DNA of 62,912 bases, filler included, from Octopus bimaculoides (GCF_001194135.2; 4 parts of 4 records of this genome joined end to end with filler, not necessarily neighbours in it), one strand, 5' to 3'. Positions 49,094 through 62,794 are shown, counted from the first letter of the whole stretch. Program-made: numbers and translations. Notes: generated by a model not told the origin, from the letters alone.

Positions 49094-49323
49094 TACTAAC
49101 AGAAATATCCGGTGTTGCCCTTGCTAAAGAAAATAATGAAATTAAAAAATGCCTTTTAGATCTCCAACATGAAAAAAAAAAAAGACTACGCAGGTCCTAC
49201 ATCCTAGTAGCTGGGATACAAACTTTATACGTTAATAACTCGGCATTTCCCATGTTCTTGAAAATATTGAAATTTAAGTATGCCTTTTAAATCTCTAAAT
49301 AAAATGAAATATGGATTATGCAG
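49094..49323 (+). mobile_element. Two tandem Helitron-like 5' ends
   Basis: tactaacagaaatatccggtgttgccc resembles the common non-autonomous Helitron start tactag...acccggcgttgcccgg; diverged second unit at about 49227-49323; no 3' CTRR hairpin recognised. Confidence 0.45.
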
Positions 49324-49515
49324 TTTTCAACATACGTTCATATGTACATACAGTAATTAGCTGAGGTACAAACTAGTAATGTCAGTAACATGTTTTATCC
49401 GATGTTCTCACTCTTAAAATCGTTAAGAACCAGGTAGCTCTCTGTCTGTCAATCACCTTCAATTCTCAGTACTTATTTGAAACACGTTGAACCTGAAAGT
49501 GCATAAATTTGAGAA

Positions 49516-49690
49516 GACAACCGATGCTGGCGTGTTTACGTCCCCATAACTTAGCGGTTCGGCAAAAGACACCGATAGAATAAGTACTAGGCTTACAAAG
49601 AATAAGTACTGGGACCGATTTGCTCGACTAAAGGCGGTGCTCCATCATGGTCACAGTCAAATGACTGAAACAAGTAAAGGAGTAAAGAGA
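49516..49690 (+). mobile_element. SINE family A, 3' half
   Basis: gacaaccgatgctggcgtgtttacgtccc...gactgaaacaagtaaagg. Confidence 0.85.
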
Positions 49691-51182
49691 TATGTCTTGT
49701 GATGAGATTTGAAGATGGGTCAATAACCGAACTGTGTAGACAGAAGTAAGCTACTCACATGTTTTTAAAACGAATGTACTATATTTTAAAATATATATGA
49801 GATAAGCTCTGGTGAGATAGCGATCTATCCTAAGCAATATAATCATCTTGTCCCCAATCTCTTGCTATCTAACGTAACCAATGTAACATATACGCCGATT
49901 CCACAAATCTGCGAAGAAATGCAATATTGGATATTATACTGATGATTTGCTTGTATAGAAAATGTAAGTTATCAAATTAAAAAATCGTGAAAAACAGGCA
50001 ACCATTGTTCCTCTGTGCTTGACCAGAAAACCAAAGCAATTAATGCGACAAGCTCTAGGAAAACTTGCCGCACGAAGATCGATCATATTTTATCGACCAG
50101 AGAAATTTTTAAAACCATCTCATTAGTAACCAGAGCATTCCTTGACATCATAGAAACCTCATAAAACAATTATTAGAATAAAATAAACCTTATAATCAAT
50201 ACGTATTTAAGCAGAGTGTATATATCAGAAAATGAATTCCAAAGATGTGTATTACGAATCTCTTTCAAAAGCCATTATGTTTTCCCAACATTTTGTTTAA
50301 CTTTGTTTTCTCTGTTCATTCTAGAATTAATACGCTATGTTTATATTAACTTTAATGTTATAGATTAACAATTTAACATAACCAAGGAAAATTGAACTGA
50401 TTAGCGAGAGTAAACTAATATAATCACTTTAATTCGAGAAACTCAGTGGCAGTTCACATTTTAAGAATCGATGCAGTTTACTCTATACAGCAGATGTAAT
50501 TTCTGATCAATGGAATCTTACTCTATTACGAAGCGTTAAAGAATAGATTTTAGTCTATTGAGATGCTTCCTGAACTAGGGCATGACATCTAGAAAGAGGA
50601 ATACCACTGAATCAATGTCTACTAAATTCATACAAAAGTATTAGATTCAGCAGTTATGAAAGCATCGAAAATTTGGAACAACAACCTATTTTCGGTTACC
50701 AAATAATAGAGAATAGCATTCATTTAATCTCTTGATAATACAGTAATCACTTCTTGCTATTACACATAGTCATATTACTCTTTGCTTCTACATATTTATG
50801 TAATTCTACTTAACATTGTTAGTGTACTACATTATATTTCCAGACTGCTCTAGAATACTCGCCATTAAAGGAATAGTTGCCATAATATATCTAACGAATC
50901 ATCCCTCTTTCCTGTCTCTATGTTTAGTGAATGTCGTAGAAGAAAATTTAATGTATGCTGTTTCTTTCTTTCTTGTTTTTTTTTTTCACTTGAGGGAAAT
51001 TCAGATTAGCTCATCCACACTAGATTCACACAGTTTTTGACTAAATCCAATTAATGTAACTGAAAAAAAGGCAAATTGTTGTAGTTTCAAGCAATGTAGT
51101 ATAATGATTTGTATTGCGATTGACCACTTTACATCCGTATATTTGAATGAATTTATGAATATAAAAATCGGCATTTAACTAC

Positions 51183-51229
<47 letters not shown>

Positions 51230-51239
51230 NNNNNNNNNN

Positions 51240-51283
<44 letters not shown>

Positions 51284-52469
51284 AAGAGAAGAGAGAGAAG
51301 TAGGAAACCAGATCAAGATTTATTTCTGTATACTGGATACATCAAAGAGACTACGGAGCAATAACGTAGACAAAGTTCTATTTGAAACTATGGGCATTCT
51401 ATCAGTTTCAGTAACAGTTTGGAGTTGTTTACATAACGAGGAATGATCAGCTTATATATGCGTATAAACATTTCTAACAAATTCACAAATGCATATAATT
51501 TTTTAGCACTGGTTCTTACAACGAGTTACAGTCATTTACCTGATGCGTGCTCTCCTATTTATTTTAGGGGTATTTAAATGCCATATATGCACCTCTCAAA
51601 TAGCGAACTTATACTTTTCGATTTAACTTTGTCTCTCTTTCCTCTTACTCATATCAAGGTTTCTTTGCTAATGTGTTGATATGCGCATACAGTGGAATGT
51701 GCAGGATACGTTATATGAACAATGGGGTTTACTGAATTAATATTTTCACTTGATTTATCAAGGTAGATCCGAGTAAAACCCAGTATTGAATTGTTCCAGT
51801 ACTATATCTGTAAGAAGACCTACATAATATAGTTCCCTAGAGCTATCATCAACCTATATGCATGAGAAAGGAGTTACAGCTTCATTTTCACGTTTTCCTG
51901 AATTGTTATCATTTAAACTCACGAAGCGAAATCATCTCACAGTATGGAAAATCTATAATGTCAACAGTATCAAAACGCCGGCGTATCAGATACACGGCCA
52001 CATATACATTAGGATGGGGTGATATATTTGAGAAGACATCTGCAAATAATCTCCATTGAATAAGCGTAGTTAATGAAGCAAATATATTGGTAGCAGTTAT
52101 CTGTATACAAATATTACTGAGTCATAATGTTTGGTGTTTATCGCCAAATTGATGGCAGATAATATATAGGGAAAAAAACTATAACGGCAGCAACAACAAT
52201 ACTAATATTGGTAATATGATCGTCATTCCTAGCAACATGTTTTTAAAATAAAAAAATAATAATAAATGAAGTATACATAAGAAGTTATTCTAGCCGCAAT
52301 TATTACTATATACTTGATAGTCCTATATAACAGCTGCAGTAAAAAACAATAATTCTAACTAGAACAACAACATCGACAGCGAAGACAGCGACAACAACCA
52401 CAGAAACAACAACGACAACAACAGCAACAGCAACAGTAGAAACAGCAGCAGCAACAACAACAATAACAA

Positions 52470-52600
52470 TTCATCGACCCCGAAATGTTGAAAGACAAAA
52501 GTCGACCTGGGAGGCATTTCAACTGAGAACATAAACACACAACGAATACCGCTAAGCATTCTGCCCGGTGTGTTAACGATTCTGCTAGTTCGCCACCTTA
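52470..52600 (-). mobile_element. SINE family B fragment, followed by a family A head (52614-52695, minus)
   Basis: atcgaccccgaaatgttgaaagacaaaagtcgacc...gattctgctagttcgccacctta. Confidence 0.75.
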
Positions 52601-52693
52601 AAGTTAAAGTTACTCAAGGAGCCATGCAGTGGAACTGAATCCAGAACGATGTGATTGCGAAGCAAAATCCTTACAACACGGTCATGCTTACAC

Positions 52694-52740
<47 letters not shown>

Positions 52741-52776
52741 GATGATGATGATGATGATGACGACGACAATAATAAT

Positions 52777-53548
52777 AATAATAATAGATCAGTTCCATGT
52801 AGCTACAACACAATTTGCTGGAAAAAATAGGTGGAATCGACTGATAAAAAGAACCCTAAAAAAGGAGACCACGAGCAATATGCTTTGGTTACGATGTAAA
52901 AGGTCAACCTGAGGAATGAGCAAGTGTTTCCGATGTGCCGCGTCTGCAACAGAGTAGATGAAACCATTGCGCATTTCACGAACGAATGCCCTAGACTTAC
53001 CCAAAAGCAATACAAGTTGTGGCGTCATGGCCAGGTAGCGAAAATGCTACATTGGAAACTGTGCGAAAAGTGGGGGCTAGAGAGAAGCAAGATGTGCTAT
53101 GAGCACAAGCCACAGAGAGTAGCAGAGTTGGAGACTAGCAAAATTCTCTGGGATTTCCCAATTCAAACAGATCAGGTGCTAGAGCATAACAGACCGGAAA
53201 TAGTGGTGGTGGACAAGATGCACCATGTGTGCTATATATTTGAAGTTGCATGCCCCTTTGACCCATGAAAGCTCAAGAAAGAGCTATGGAAAATGAAGAA
53301 ACGGAAGATAGTACCAAACATTGTTGGATTCTAGGGAACAGTATCAGAAGGCATCGAGTGGAATATAAAGGAAATTGTATTAGAGTGCCCAGTAGAACAG
53401 TTACAAAATATATGCCTCGTTGGCACAGCCGCAACAATCAGGAAAGTATTAGATAGCTGAAAAGAACGAATAGCATCGTACCGTAGGTTGCTGGTAGTAA
53501 GCTCGTTACGAAAGCAAGATTCCAAGAGCTCCACCAAAACCTGTGATA
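52777..53548 (+). mobile_element. R4/Dong-clade 3' fragment (CCHC + REL + 3'UTR)
   Basis: CRVCNRVDETIAHFTNEC; WRHGQVAKMLHWKLC; KILWDFPIQTD..LEHNRPEIVVVDK..EVACPFD; (AAT)n before, (CAA)n(TAA)n after. Confidence 0.9.
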
Positions 53549-53614
53549 AAGAGAAATAACAACAACAACAACAACAACAACAACAATAACAATAATAATA
53601 ATGATAATAATAAT

Positions 53615-55500
53615 AGGTAGTGTTCAATTTAAAAGTAAATTCTGTAGAAACGGAATCCATAACAAAACCAATCAAAAGAGAAAGAACGGCGGACAGATAA
53701 TCATAAATACTCTGAAATATTTGATTGAAGACACATCAATGATAATTATAATTATGGCTATAACTACGAAAGAAAGATCAAAAATTGTCCATAGGCGATG
53801 TTCAGTTAAATATGTAAACGCTGAAAAAACGGAACCCAAAACAAAAACTACCCAAAAGAGAATGAACAAATCCCGCATGTACAATAGAAGGGCGATACCC
53901 GACAGAAGAATGCAACCTGCGCTGCACAAACAACACAAAATACAAAATCTAATAAAACAGAAGGATCAAATCAACCCCATAGCAAAAGATACATATACAA
54001 TATAATATCTCCCTCTATAAAAATACAGCACACACCACTCCACCAGCATAAAGGAGTAACACTTGATGCAATAGAAAGTTGCTTGAAACTTTCAGATGTT
54101 GAAAAATAATAGCGGTTATGTCAATGGTGAAGAACCTTAATTTATATCAGATTATGCGACACAGGAGTCTCCGAAGAAAATCTGATTGTGACAGCAAAAG
54201 TGAAGTTAGACCATTAAGAGGAGGCCTCACGATCAGCAGTGGTTCAGTAAAGATGCAGACAGACCACAGCTACTATCCTAATATAGCCTCAGCAGATAAT
54301 AGAGCAAAGAAGCGGAAGTAGACCAGCGTAAAAAACAGGATAGTGATGCAGTGCTACTTAGAAACTGAACCTAAAAGAAGGAGCTATAGAAAACGGACGT
54401 TAACATTATGAGTAGAGAAGGGTATTTTAAAGTGACTGAGCAGAGCTTAGTTGATCAAGCTAATGCTCTTAGAAGAATGTAGATGACAGAATTGAAGGTA
54501 GAAAAGATCATAAGAGAATTGGAAAGGGAAGACCAGGAAGTAGGAAAGAAAAACAACAGCATAAGATATATAGCACAAACAAATGAAGAATCAGAAGGAA
54601 AAATTAATAAGAGCGCTACCATTAAGTAATGGACAACTGGCAGGAGCGACTTAAGTGATTTAAGTGAGGAAGATCAGAACATTCTGGATGCGTTGCAGGA
54701 AGTAATGATTAAAGAAGTAAGAAAAAGATTGCCAACATTAAATGGTACCAACAGAAGGGAGCTGCTAGAAATGACTAGGAAAGTAGATTTTGTATTCAGT
54801 AGGATAGATGCTAAAAGTATAGGAGACACAAATTTACTGATAAATGGAGGAGGTGTAGTAGTCATCAGAAGATTAGATATCTCACAGGAAAGACTAAAAA
54901 GAGAAAATTGGGAAAAGGAGATTACAAAATAAAGTGAAAACTTTAAGATAGTATCTGGAAACTTAACAAGTTAGAAAACCAAAAGAGAACGGTGGACAGA
55001 CGACGACTACATCAAAGTGCTATATGCATTCTACATTGCAAAACTATTCCAGGGAAACACAGGGATAACAAGAGAAACATACCAAATATGGAGAAGAAAT
55101 ACTAATAGAAGGAGAAATGTCGCGGGGAGTAATCTTGCGAATGTCCGGCGATATATCCTGCGAGAGGGAAAAGTGCCCCAAACCGAAATTGACAAATTAA
55201 TAGATAAAATACACATTGAAAATAAAACAAAGCACTTTATAACTCAAAACAATGGGTCGCAATCAGGCAAAACAGCACATCCGAAAACGCATAAGACACT
55301 ACAAAAGGAAAAAGGGAACAAAACAGAAATATCACCGCAAACAGTAAATAAAAGGCTACGCCAATGTAAAGCATCCACATAGCTAACCAGCCCAGAAATA
55401 AATAGAAAAGCACAGCAAATCAACACCACACATAGAGAGGCGAAAGCTGAAGCACAAAACAACAAACAGAATAACTGACACCATAATAAATCAGATATAA
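53615..55500 (+). mobile_element. Stacked 5' regions of R4/Dong-clade elements (at least two subfamilies)
   Basis: VMQCYLETEPKRRSYRKR...TEQSLVDQAN (about 54340-54480); RKRLPTL...KVDFVF...TNLLINGGGVVV (54693-); RERWTDDDYIKVLYAFY...LANVRRYI (about 54975-55160); bounded by TAA-type tracts. Confidence 0.7.
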
Positions 55501-55573
<73 letters not shown>

Positions 55574-56372
55574 NNNNNNNNNNNNNNNNNNNNNNNNNNN
55601 NNNNNNNNNNNNNNNNNNNNNNNNNNNNNNNNNNNNNNNNNNNNNNNNNNNNNNNNNNNNNNNNNNNNNNNNNNNNNNNNNNNNNNNNNNNNNNNNNNNN
55701 NNNNNNNNNNNNNNNNNNNNNNNNNNNNNNNNNNNNNNNNNNNNNNNNNNNNNNNNNNNNNNNNNNNNNNNNNNNNNNNNNNNNNNNNNNNNNNNNNNNN
55801 NNNNNNNNNNNNNNNNNNNNNNNNNNNNNNNNNNNNNNNNNNNNNNNNNNNNNNNNNNNNNNNNNNNNNNNNNNNNNNNNNNNNNNNNNNNNNNNNNNNN
55901 NNNNNNNNNNNNNNNNNNNNNNNNNNNNNNNNNNNNNNNNNNNNNNNNNNNNNNNNNNNNNNNNNNNNNNNNNNNNNNNNNNNNNNNNNNNNNNNNNNNN
56001 NNNNNNNNNNNNNNNNNNNNNNNNNNNNNNNNNNNNNNNNNNNNNNNNNNNNNNNNNNNNNNNNNNNNNNNNNNNNNNNNNNNNNNNNNNNNNNNNNNNN
56101 NNNNNNNNNNNNNNNNNNNNNNNNNNNNNNNNNNNNNNNNNNNNNNNNNNNNNNNNNNNNNNNNNNNNNNNNNNNNNNNNNNNNNNNNNNNNNNNNNNNN
56201 NNNNNNNNNNNNNNNNNNNNNNNNNNNNNNNNNNNNNNNNNNNNNNNNNNNNNNNNNNNNNNNNNNNNNNNNNNNNNNNNNNNNNNNNNNNNNNNNNNNN
56301 NNNNNNNNNNNNNNNNNNNNNNNNNNNNNNNNNNNNNNNNNNNNACAAACGCAAAACAAAAGTCAAACATAA

Positions 56373-56461
<89 letters not shown>

Positions 56462-56487
56462 TAATAATCATAATAATAATAATAATA

Positions 56488-56719
56488 AAGAGATCTTTTG
56501 AGCGAAATGAGCTACTCAACATGAAGAAAATTCTAACTGGGCCCCATCTGCGAGGTCATGCGCTATTATCTTGATATGAGATCTCTGTGTCGAGAACATA
56601 TGGTTGTGATGCATGTGCCTGGTGTACCCTTATCAGACGGGTAGTCATGATGGGTATACTGGGCTTCGTATATTTTACCCCAGTATCACTTTGATGGCAT
56701 GCACTCCTCTCTCACCCAA
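56488..56719 (+). mobile_element. Family E, 5'-truncated second copy
   Basis: tgaagaaaattctaactgg.cccca...tatcttgatatgagatc...atattttaccc.agt.tcactttgatggcatg.act..tctctcac, then (AAT)n. Confidence 0.85.
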
Positions 56720-56720
56720 C

Positions 56721-56822
<102 letters not shown>

Positions 56823-57299
56823 AAGAAGAAGATTGATGACCATGATGTTACTGATGATGACGACGTTGAATTCTAAGTAATACACAAAGCAAAATATGTT
56901 ATGTAGAGTTGTGTGAACTGGGTAGGGCAATCGATTGTATCTTATCAAGGATACATGCAGAGCTTCATTATCGATTGCGAAATAATGGATACTGGCGGAG
57001 TGTGAACACAGTACGTAAAGATATGTAACCAAATACAGGATGAAATTTTTTGCTCGAAGCCTTAACGATCTTGCCACTGAACAACGCAATCATGATTATG
57101 TACTTCTTGATAATGGTGATAACGTAGACGAGGAAGAGGAAGTAGATGAAGATAAGAGAGATGATGGCGATGACAATAGCAATTATAGTGCCAAGTAGGA
57201 TAATAAATTTTTAATTGAAACATTCAAATTTTATACACCTCGTAAATATTCACCTAGTAGCATCAGACTATCTACAATCTCATACTAAGATAACGGCCA

Positions 57300-57422
57300 C
57301 AAAAACACTAACCACCACCACCGCCACCACTACCACCGCCGCCGCCGCCGCCGCCACGACGACGACGACGACGGCCACCACCACAACCACCACCACAACC
57401 ACCATCACTACAACCATTGCTG

Positions 57423-57512
<90 letters not shown>

Positions 57513-57518
57513 GTAATG

Positions 57519-57548
<30 letters not shown>
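57300..57548. repeat. Compound trinucleotide tract (ACC)(GCC)(ACG)(ACT)(AAT)
   Basis: Read directly. Confidence 0.9.
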
Positions 57549-57549
<1 letters not shown>

Positions 57550-58491
57550 GAGGAGAGCACCGGGCTGAATAACAACATGGATATGCTACACCGGGCTCCC
57601 TATACAAAAACATATCTAATCCAATAACATCGATGGAATTAGCCAAAAGAACCGGTGGAAGATTTGAAGGAAGCGGTCTTTTAACGAAGATAATTTTTTT
57701 AAGAATATTTTTTATTCTTAAAAAATGAAATTTCACTGCAATACAAAGCACAGGACCTCCTATGCACGATGTCTCAATGAAACACGTGCGATCACACACG
57801 CAAAACCAACACCGGAAAGTTTACAAACTATATAAAAAAAAAAGAAATGGAACAAAATAGTAAGTACATATATTGAATAATTACGCATACACTTGAACGT
57901 GTACACAATGATATATACGTTTTGATACCCATAGAACTACACATGCATCNNNNNNNNNNNNNNNNNNNNNNNNNNNNNNNNNNNNNNNNNNNNTTAATTA
58001 ATTAANNNNNNNNNNNNNNNNNNNNNNNNNNNNNNNNNNNNNNNNNNNNATATATATATATATATATATACATATTTGCATGCGATTTTGTGTGTGTGTG
58101 AAATATATAATGTACATAGAATGAACTCGCTATATGTACATAAATATGCAAAAATAAAAACAACTGCATTCGTATGTGCTTGTATGAAGACATTATATAA
58201 TATATATGTATATATATATATATATACATCATAGATTGAAATACATATATATATATATATGTATATATATATATGTATATATATATATTTATAAAGCTCA
58301 CATTTCTTACTAATATCAATAATCATACGGCATAGAGGTTGTGAGACTGACTCACAAATGCGCACACACATACACACATACACACACTGGCACCAGCGCA
58401 CCCATATAAACACGCACAAATGTATATACATACATGCATATACAAACGTACATACATATACATATACAAACGTACATACATATACATATAC

Positions 58492-58574
<83 letters not shown>

Positions 58575-59174
58575 TATGAGAGTAAGTATGTATGTGTGTA
58601 TGCATGAATGATATATAAGTGTATGTCTGTGTATATGTGTATTTTTGTATGTGGGTGTGCTTATTTGGATCGCATAGGTGTATGTCTGTGTATATGTGTG
58701 TGTGCGTGTTTCGCGTAACTATATGACCATGTGTGTGTGTATGTCCGTGTGTCTTTCTATTAGTATGTGTATTAGTGATTTTGTTNNNNNNNNNNNNNNN
58801 NNNNNNNNNNNNNNNNNNNNNNNNNNNNNNNNNNNNNNNNNNNNNNNNNNNNNNNNNNNNNNNNNNNNNNNNNNNNNNNNNNNNNACATATACATATAGA
58901 GAGACACACACACATCACTATATCAAGGGCAAACACCATCTACATGTGGACATGTCCTATATCGCTGAAGGTTTGTCGTTCGCACTGTGCTGTTACAAAT
59001 CTTACTCACACACACAACCACCATGTGCGAATGTGTGCCTGTGTGTATGTTTATGTATATAAATATATGTATATGTATGTGTGTGTATATATATATAAGT
59101 ATATATATATATATATATATATAAACACATATATATGTATGTATGTATGTATGTATACATATATATGTGTGTGT

Positions 59175-59228
<54 letters not shown>

Positions 59229-60025
59229 AAAGCCTTTGAATGGTAAAAGAATTCCTAATGATGCTAGATAAAAATACTTACATACATCAAATGCCTAACT
59301 TCCAATTTTGCAGCATCAGATGTCCCAAAGACAACCTAATCTTGGAATGCCATGCAGACAACAGAATCAACCAAAATCCCTACTTGATCTCACAAAGTGA
59401 ATTCTCATAGAACAAACAATGCTATCGCTGATGAGGAATAATAATATTAATGAACTCTGCTTCACCAATAATGTGAAACTCATCCACAATATGAAAAAAT
59501 TGTCAACGATTGTCTTGGACACAAAATGATAGAATTAATGATGTATTGCCTAGAACTACTGAAAGACATATTCCATACAGGATCCATCTAAACTATCCAG
59601 CCTGGATTTTTATAAGACTCCCTGGAAATCAGCTCAAAATTGGCCCAAAAGTTTCTCTATGCAAAACTTAGGCATGAAACTCAAAGAGCCAGTATCCATT
59701 AATAAAGTTTCAAAAGTAATGGCAAAGCTTTTTAGAACAGGCAAAAAAAGTGAATGAGTGAAAATTGAACCGGTGTGTGTTTTAAATATATTAAGACAAT
59801 ATGACTCTCCCTAAACACAACAAAATTTGTTTCAATGCACGAATTCACATAAAGAATCTTGCAAACCAGATACAAAGACTCAAAGAATTTATATCAATCA
59901 AGCAAAAAAAACCATATGTTTTCTATTTGTCCCTGGGGGAAGAAATAACGGATGCCAAAAATGTTATTCCCTATGACAGGAGAGTCCTTATGAGACATAG
60001 AATGAAGGTCTCAAGTCACTTGACT

Positions 60026-60425
60026 CTGTGGTTCTGAACCAGGGTCCAAATGACTCTTCGGAGTCCAAATGACTCTTCGGAGTCCAAATGACTCTTAAGG
60101 ATCCAAATGACTCTTAGGGGTTCAAATGACTCTTAGGGGTCCAAATGACTCTTAGGGGTTCAAATGACTCTTAGGAGTCCAAATGACTTTTAGGGGTCCA
60201 AATAACTCTTAGGAGTCCAAATGACTCCTAGGGGTCCAAAGGGTAAATAAGTTATACTTTTTCAATACACAAAATATTTTAACAATTTTTTTCATACAAT
60301 TCCTTATAATATTTAATTATAAAAATATTAAAGGATTTTTTAAACATTGAATGGCCATGAGGGTCCAGTACAGTAAAATAGGGAGCAAATGGGTCCATAG
60401 GTAAAACAATTGTTGAGAAACACTA
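60026..60425. mobile_element. hAT-type MITE carrying an expanded minisatellite
   Basis: Termini ctgtggttctgaacc / tgttgagaaacacta; interior is the reverse complement of 8797-9043; TSD degraded. Confidence 0.8.
60042..60240. repeat. 19-bp minisatellite, 10 full units plus 9 bp (consensus gggtccaaatgactcttag)
   Basis: Units counted at 60042, 60061, 60080, 60099, 60118, 60137, 60156, 60175, 60194 and 60213. Confidence 0.95.
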
Positions 60426-60504
60426 GTTTAAATAAAGAACTTTATCACAGTAAAAAATCTTATATTGAAAAACAAGAACAGCTTGTAATATCAACCATTG
60501 ATAT

Positions 60505-60680
60505 TAAGGTGGTGAGCTGGTAGAAATGTTAGCATGCTGGGCGAAATGCTAAGTAGTATTTCGTCTGTCTTTATGTTCAGAGTTCAAATTCTGCCGAGGT
60601 CAACTTTGCCTTTCATCCTTTTGGAGTTGATAACTTAAGTACCAGTTGCATACTGGCGTTGATCTACTCGACTGGCCTCC
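60505..60680 (+). mobile_element. SINE family B copy
   Basis: taaggtggtgagctggtagaaatgttagc...gagttcaaattctgccgaggtcaactttgcctttcatcc. Confidence 0.85.
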
Positions 60681-61188
60681 TTATATATGAGGGTTCCTTA
60701 TACATGTTAAAGAATAGTATTATGTATATGTATATACACACACCACACACACATGCCACAGACAAACACACACACACATACATGCATACACATACGCTTG
60801 CTTACTGCCATGTACCGCAACTTCTCTCAAGAAGAAAGACTCTCCCACATCAGCTCCTGTAGCAAAACGACTGATCATTGAAATGAGTGTCCAGTCATTT
60901 AAATGTGGACGTGATGTGTCTTCAAAGGCCTTCAATAAAGCGGATCACAGAATTACATGCCACAAACTGCATGACCTAGTCAAAGCTGAGAAGTTGTGGG
61001 AGTGGCTTCATGACATTTTTAAAAGGTAGGGAGTCAGGCTGTTTGCAGGCAACAATACTCTCTCAGAGGAGGTATAAGTTTGATGTAGAGTCCCTCAAGG
61101 AATTCTCCTGAGACCACTACTGTTTGTGATGAATCTCTTTGGCATAATTGTAATCATTCAGTCAGCCACTTTCACCAGCTATACTGAC

Positions 61189-61355
61189 AGGCACAGGAGT
61201 GGTTGTGTGGTAAGAAGCTTGCTTCCCAACCACATGGTCCCGGGTTCAGTCCCACTGCATGTCACCTTGGGCAAGTGTTTTCTACTATAGCCTCAGGCCA
61301 ACAAAAGCCTTTTGAGTGGATTTGGTAGACGGAAACTGAAAGAAGCCTGTTGTAT
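61189..61355 (+). mobile_element. SINE family A, 5' half (runs into a gap)
   Basis: aggcacaggagtggttgtgtggtaagaagcttgc...gacggaaactgaaagaagcc. Confidence 0.9.
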
Positions 61356-62049
61356 ATAAATATATGTGTGTGTGTGTATATATATATATATATNNNNNNN
61401 NNNNNNNNNNNNNNNNNNNNNNNNNNNNNNNNNNNNNNNNNNNNNNNNNNNNNNNNNNNNNNNNNNNNNNNNNNNNNNNNNNNNNNNNNNNNNNNNNNNN
61501 NNNNNNNNNNNNNNNNNNNNNNNNNNNNNNNNNNNNNNNNNNNNNNNNNNNNNNNNNNNNNNNNNNNNNNNNNNNNNNNNNNNNNNNNNNNNNNNNNNNN
61601 NNNNNNNNNNNNNNNNNNNNNNNNNNNNNNNNNNNNNNNNNNNNNNNNNNNNNNNNNNNNNNNNNNNNNNNNNNNNNNNNNNNNNNNNNNNNNNNNNNNN
61701 NNNNNNNNNNNNNNNNNNNNNNNNNNNNNNNNNNNNNNNNNNNNNNNNNNNNNNNNNNNNNNNNNNNNNNNNNNNNNNNNNNNNNNNNNNNNNNNNNNNN
61801 NNNNNNNNNNNNNNNNNNNNNNNNNNNNNNNNNNNNNNNNNNNNNNNNNNNNNNNNNNNNNNNNNNNNNNNNNNNNNNNNNNNNNNNNNNNNNNNNNNNN
61901 NNNNNNNNNNNNNNNNNNNNNNNNNNNNNNNNNNNNNNNNNNNNNNNNNNNNNNNNNNNNNNNNNNNNNNNNNNNNNNNNNNNNNNNNNNNNNNNNNNNN
62001 NNNNNNNNNNNNNNNNNNNNNNNNNNNNNNNNNNNNNNNNNNNNNNNNN

Positions 62050-62720
62050 AAATACCAACCTGTTAAACCCTGCTTGTCACTGCTGACTTTTCTGCCGAAT
62101 GCAGTCGGGATGTGAAGACAATTTGAAAGTTCACTATGCGAAGAAGTCTTGTGTGACACTAAGCAAAAACTCTACAGAAACTTATGGAAGACGGTGAGCT
62201 GACAGAAACATTAGCACGCCGGGTGAAATGCTTAACGGTATTTTGTCCGCCGCTACGTTCTGAGTTCAAATTCCGCCGAGGTTGACTTTGCCTTTCATCC
62301 TTTCGGGGTTGAGAAATTAAGTACCAGTTATGCACTGGGGTTGATGTAATCGACTTAATCCCTTTGTCTAACCTTGTTTGTCCCCTCTATGTTTAGCCCC
62401 TTGTGGGCAATAAAGAAATAAGAAACTTATGGAATAATCCAGACTCTTATACATCAACTTGTATGAGCTGAGAGTCTGTTTTGCAGTGGCACAAGGGGCC
62501 AGGCAAAGTGAGTCCACTGGGAAGTTCACGATGATCCCCATTTTTGACAACAAGGGCATTGCCTACATTCACTGGGTTGACTATGACTGGATGGTCAACA
62601 AAAGGTACTTTGTGGTGGTTTTCAAGGAGTTCAGGAAGAGATTCTGTCACAAAAAGCTGAAGTGCCTGCAATAAGACAATGCAGTATTTCACAAATCCAT
62701 CCTGATAAAGAACTACTTAT
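62050..62720 (+). mobile_element. Decayed, internally deleted mariner transposase, split by a SINE
   Basis: KSCVTLSKNSTETYG before the SINE; ARQSESTGKFTMIPIFDNKGIAYIHWV...VNKRYFVVVFKEFRKRF...*DNAVFHKSIL after. Confidence 0.8.
62190..62420 (+). mobile_element. SINE family B monomer (type-1 tail) with 14-bp TSD
   Basis: TSD AGAAACTTATGGAA at 62176-62189 and 62421-62434. Confidence 0.9.
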
Positions 62721-62752
62721 ATATACATATATATATATACATACATAAATAC

Positions 62753-62794
<42 letters not shown>

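Larger units (their letters stand above)
59230..61188 (+). mobile_element. Fragmented CR1-clade LINE ORF2 interrupted by a MITE, a SINE and microsatellites
   Basis: KSLLDLTK*ILIEQ..RNNNINELCFTNN; KLSSLDFYK..WPKSFSMQ (matches the 46190-46624 ORF); NVIPYDRRVLMRHRMKVS; SKAFNKADHRITCHKL...WLHDILKGR; PQGILLRPLLF. Confidence 0.75.

Noticed and set aside
57308-57799. 163-aa minus-strand ORF
   Set aside because: Half of it is microsatellite translation; the unique part has no recognisable domain or convincing splice sites.
60042-60240. CRISPR-like regular array
   Set aside because: Contiguous 19-bp units with no unique spacers, no cas genes, eukaryotic context.
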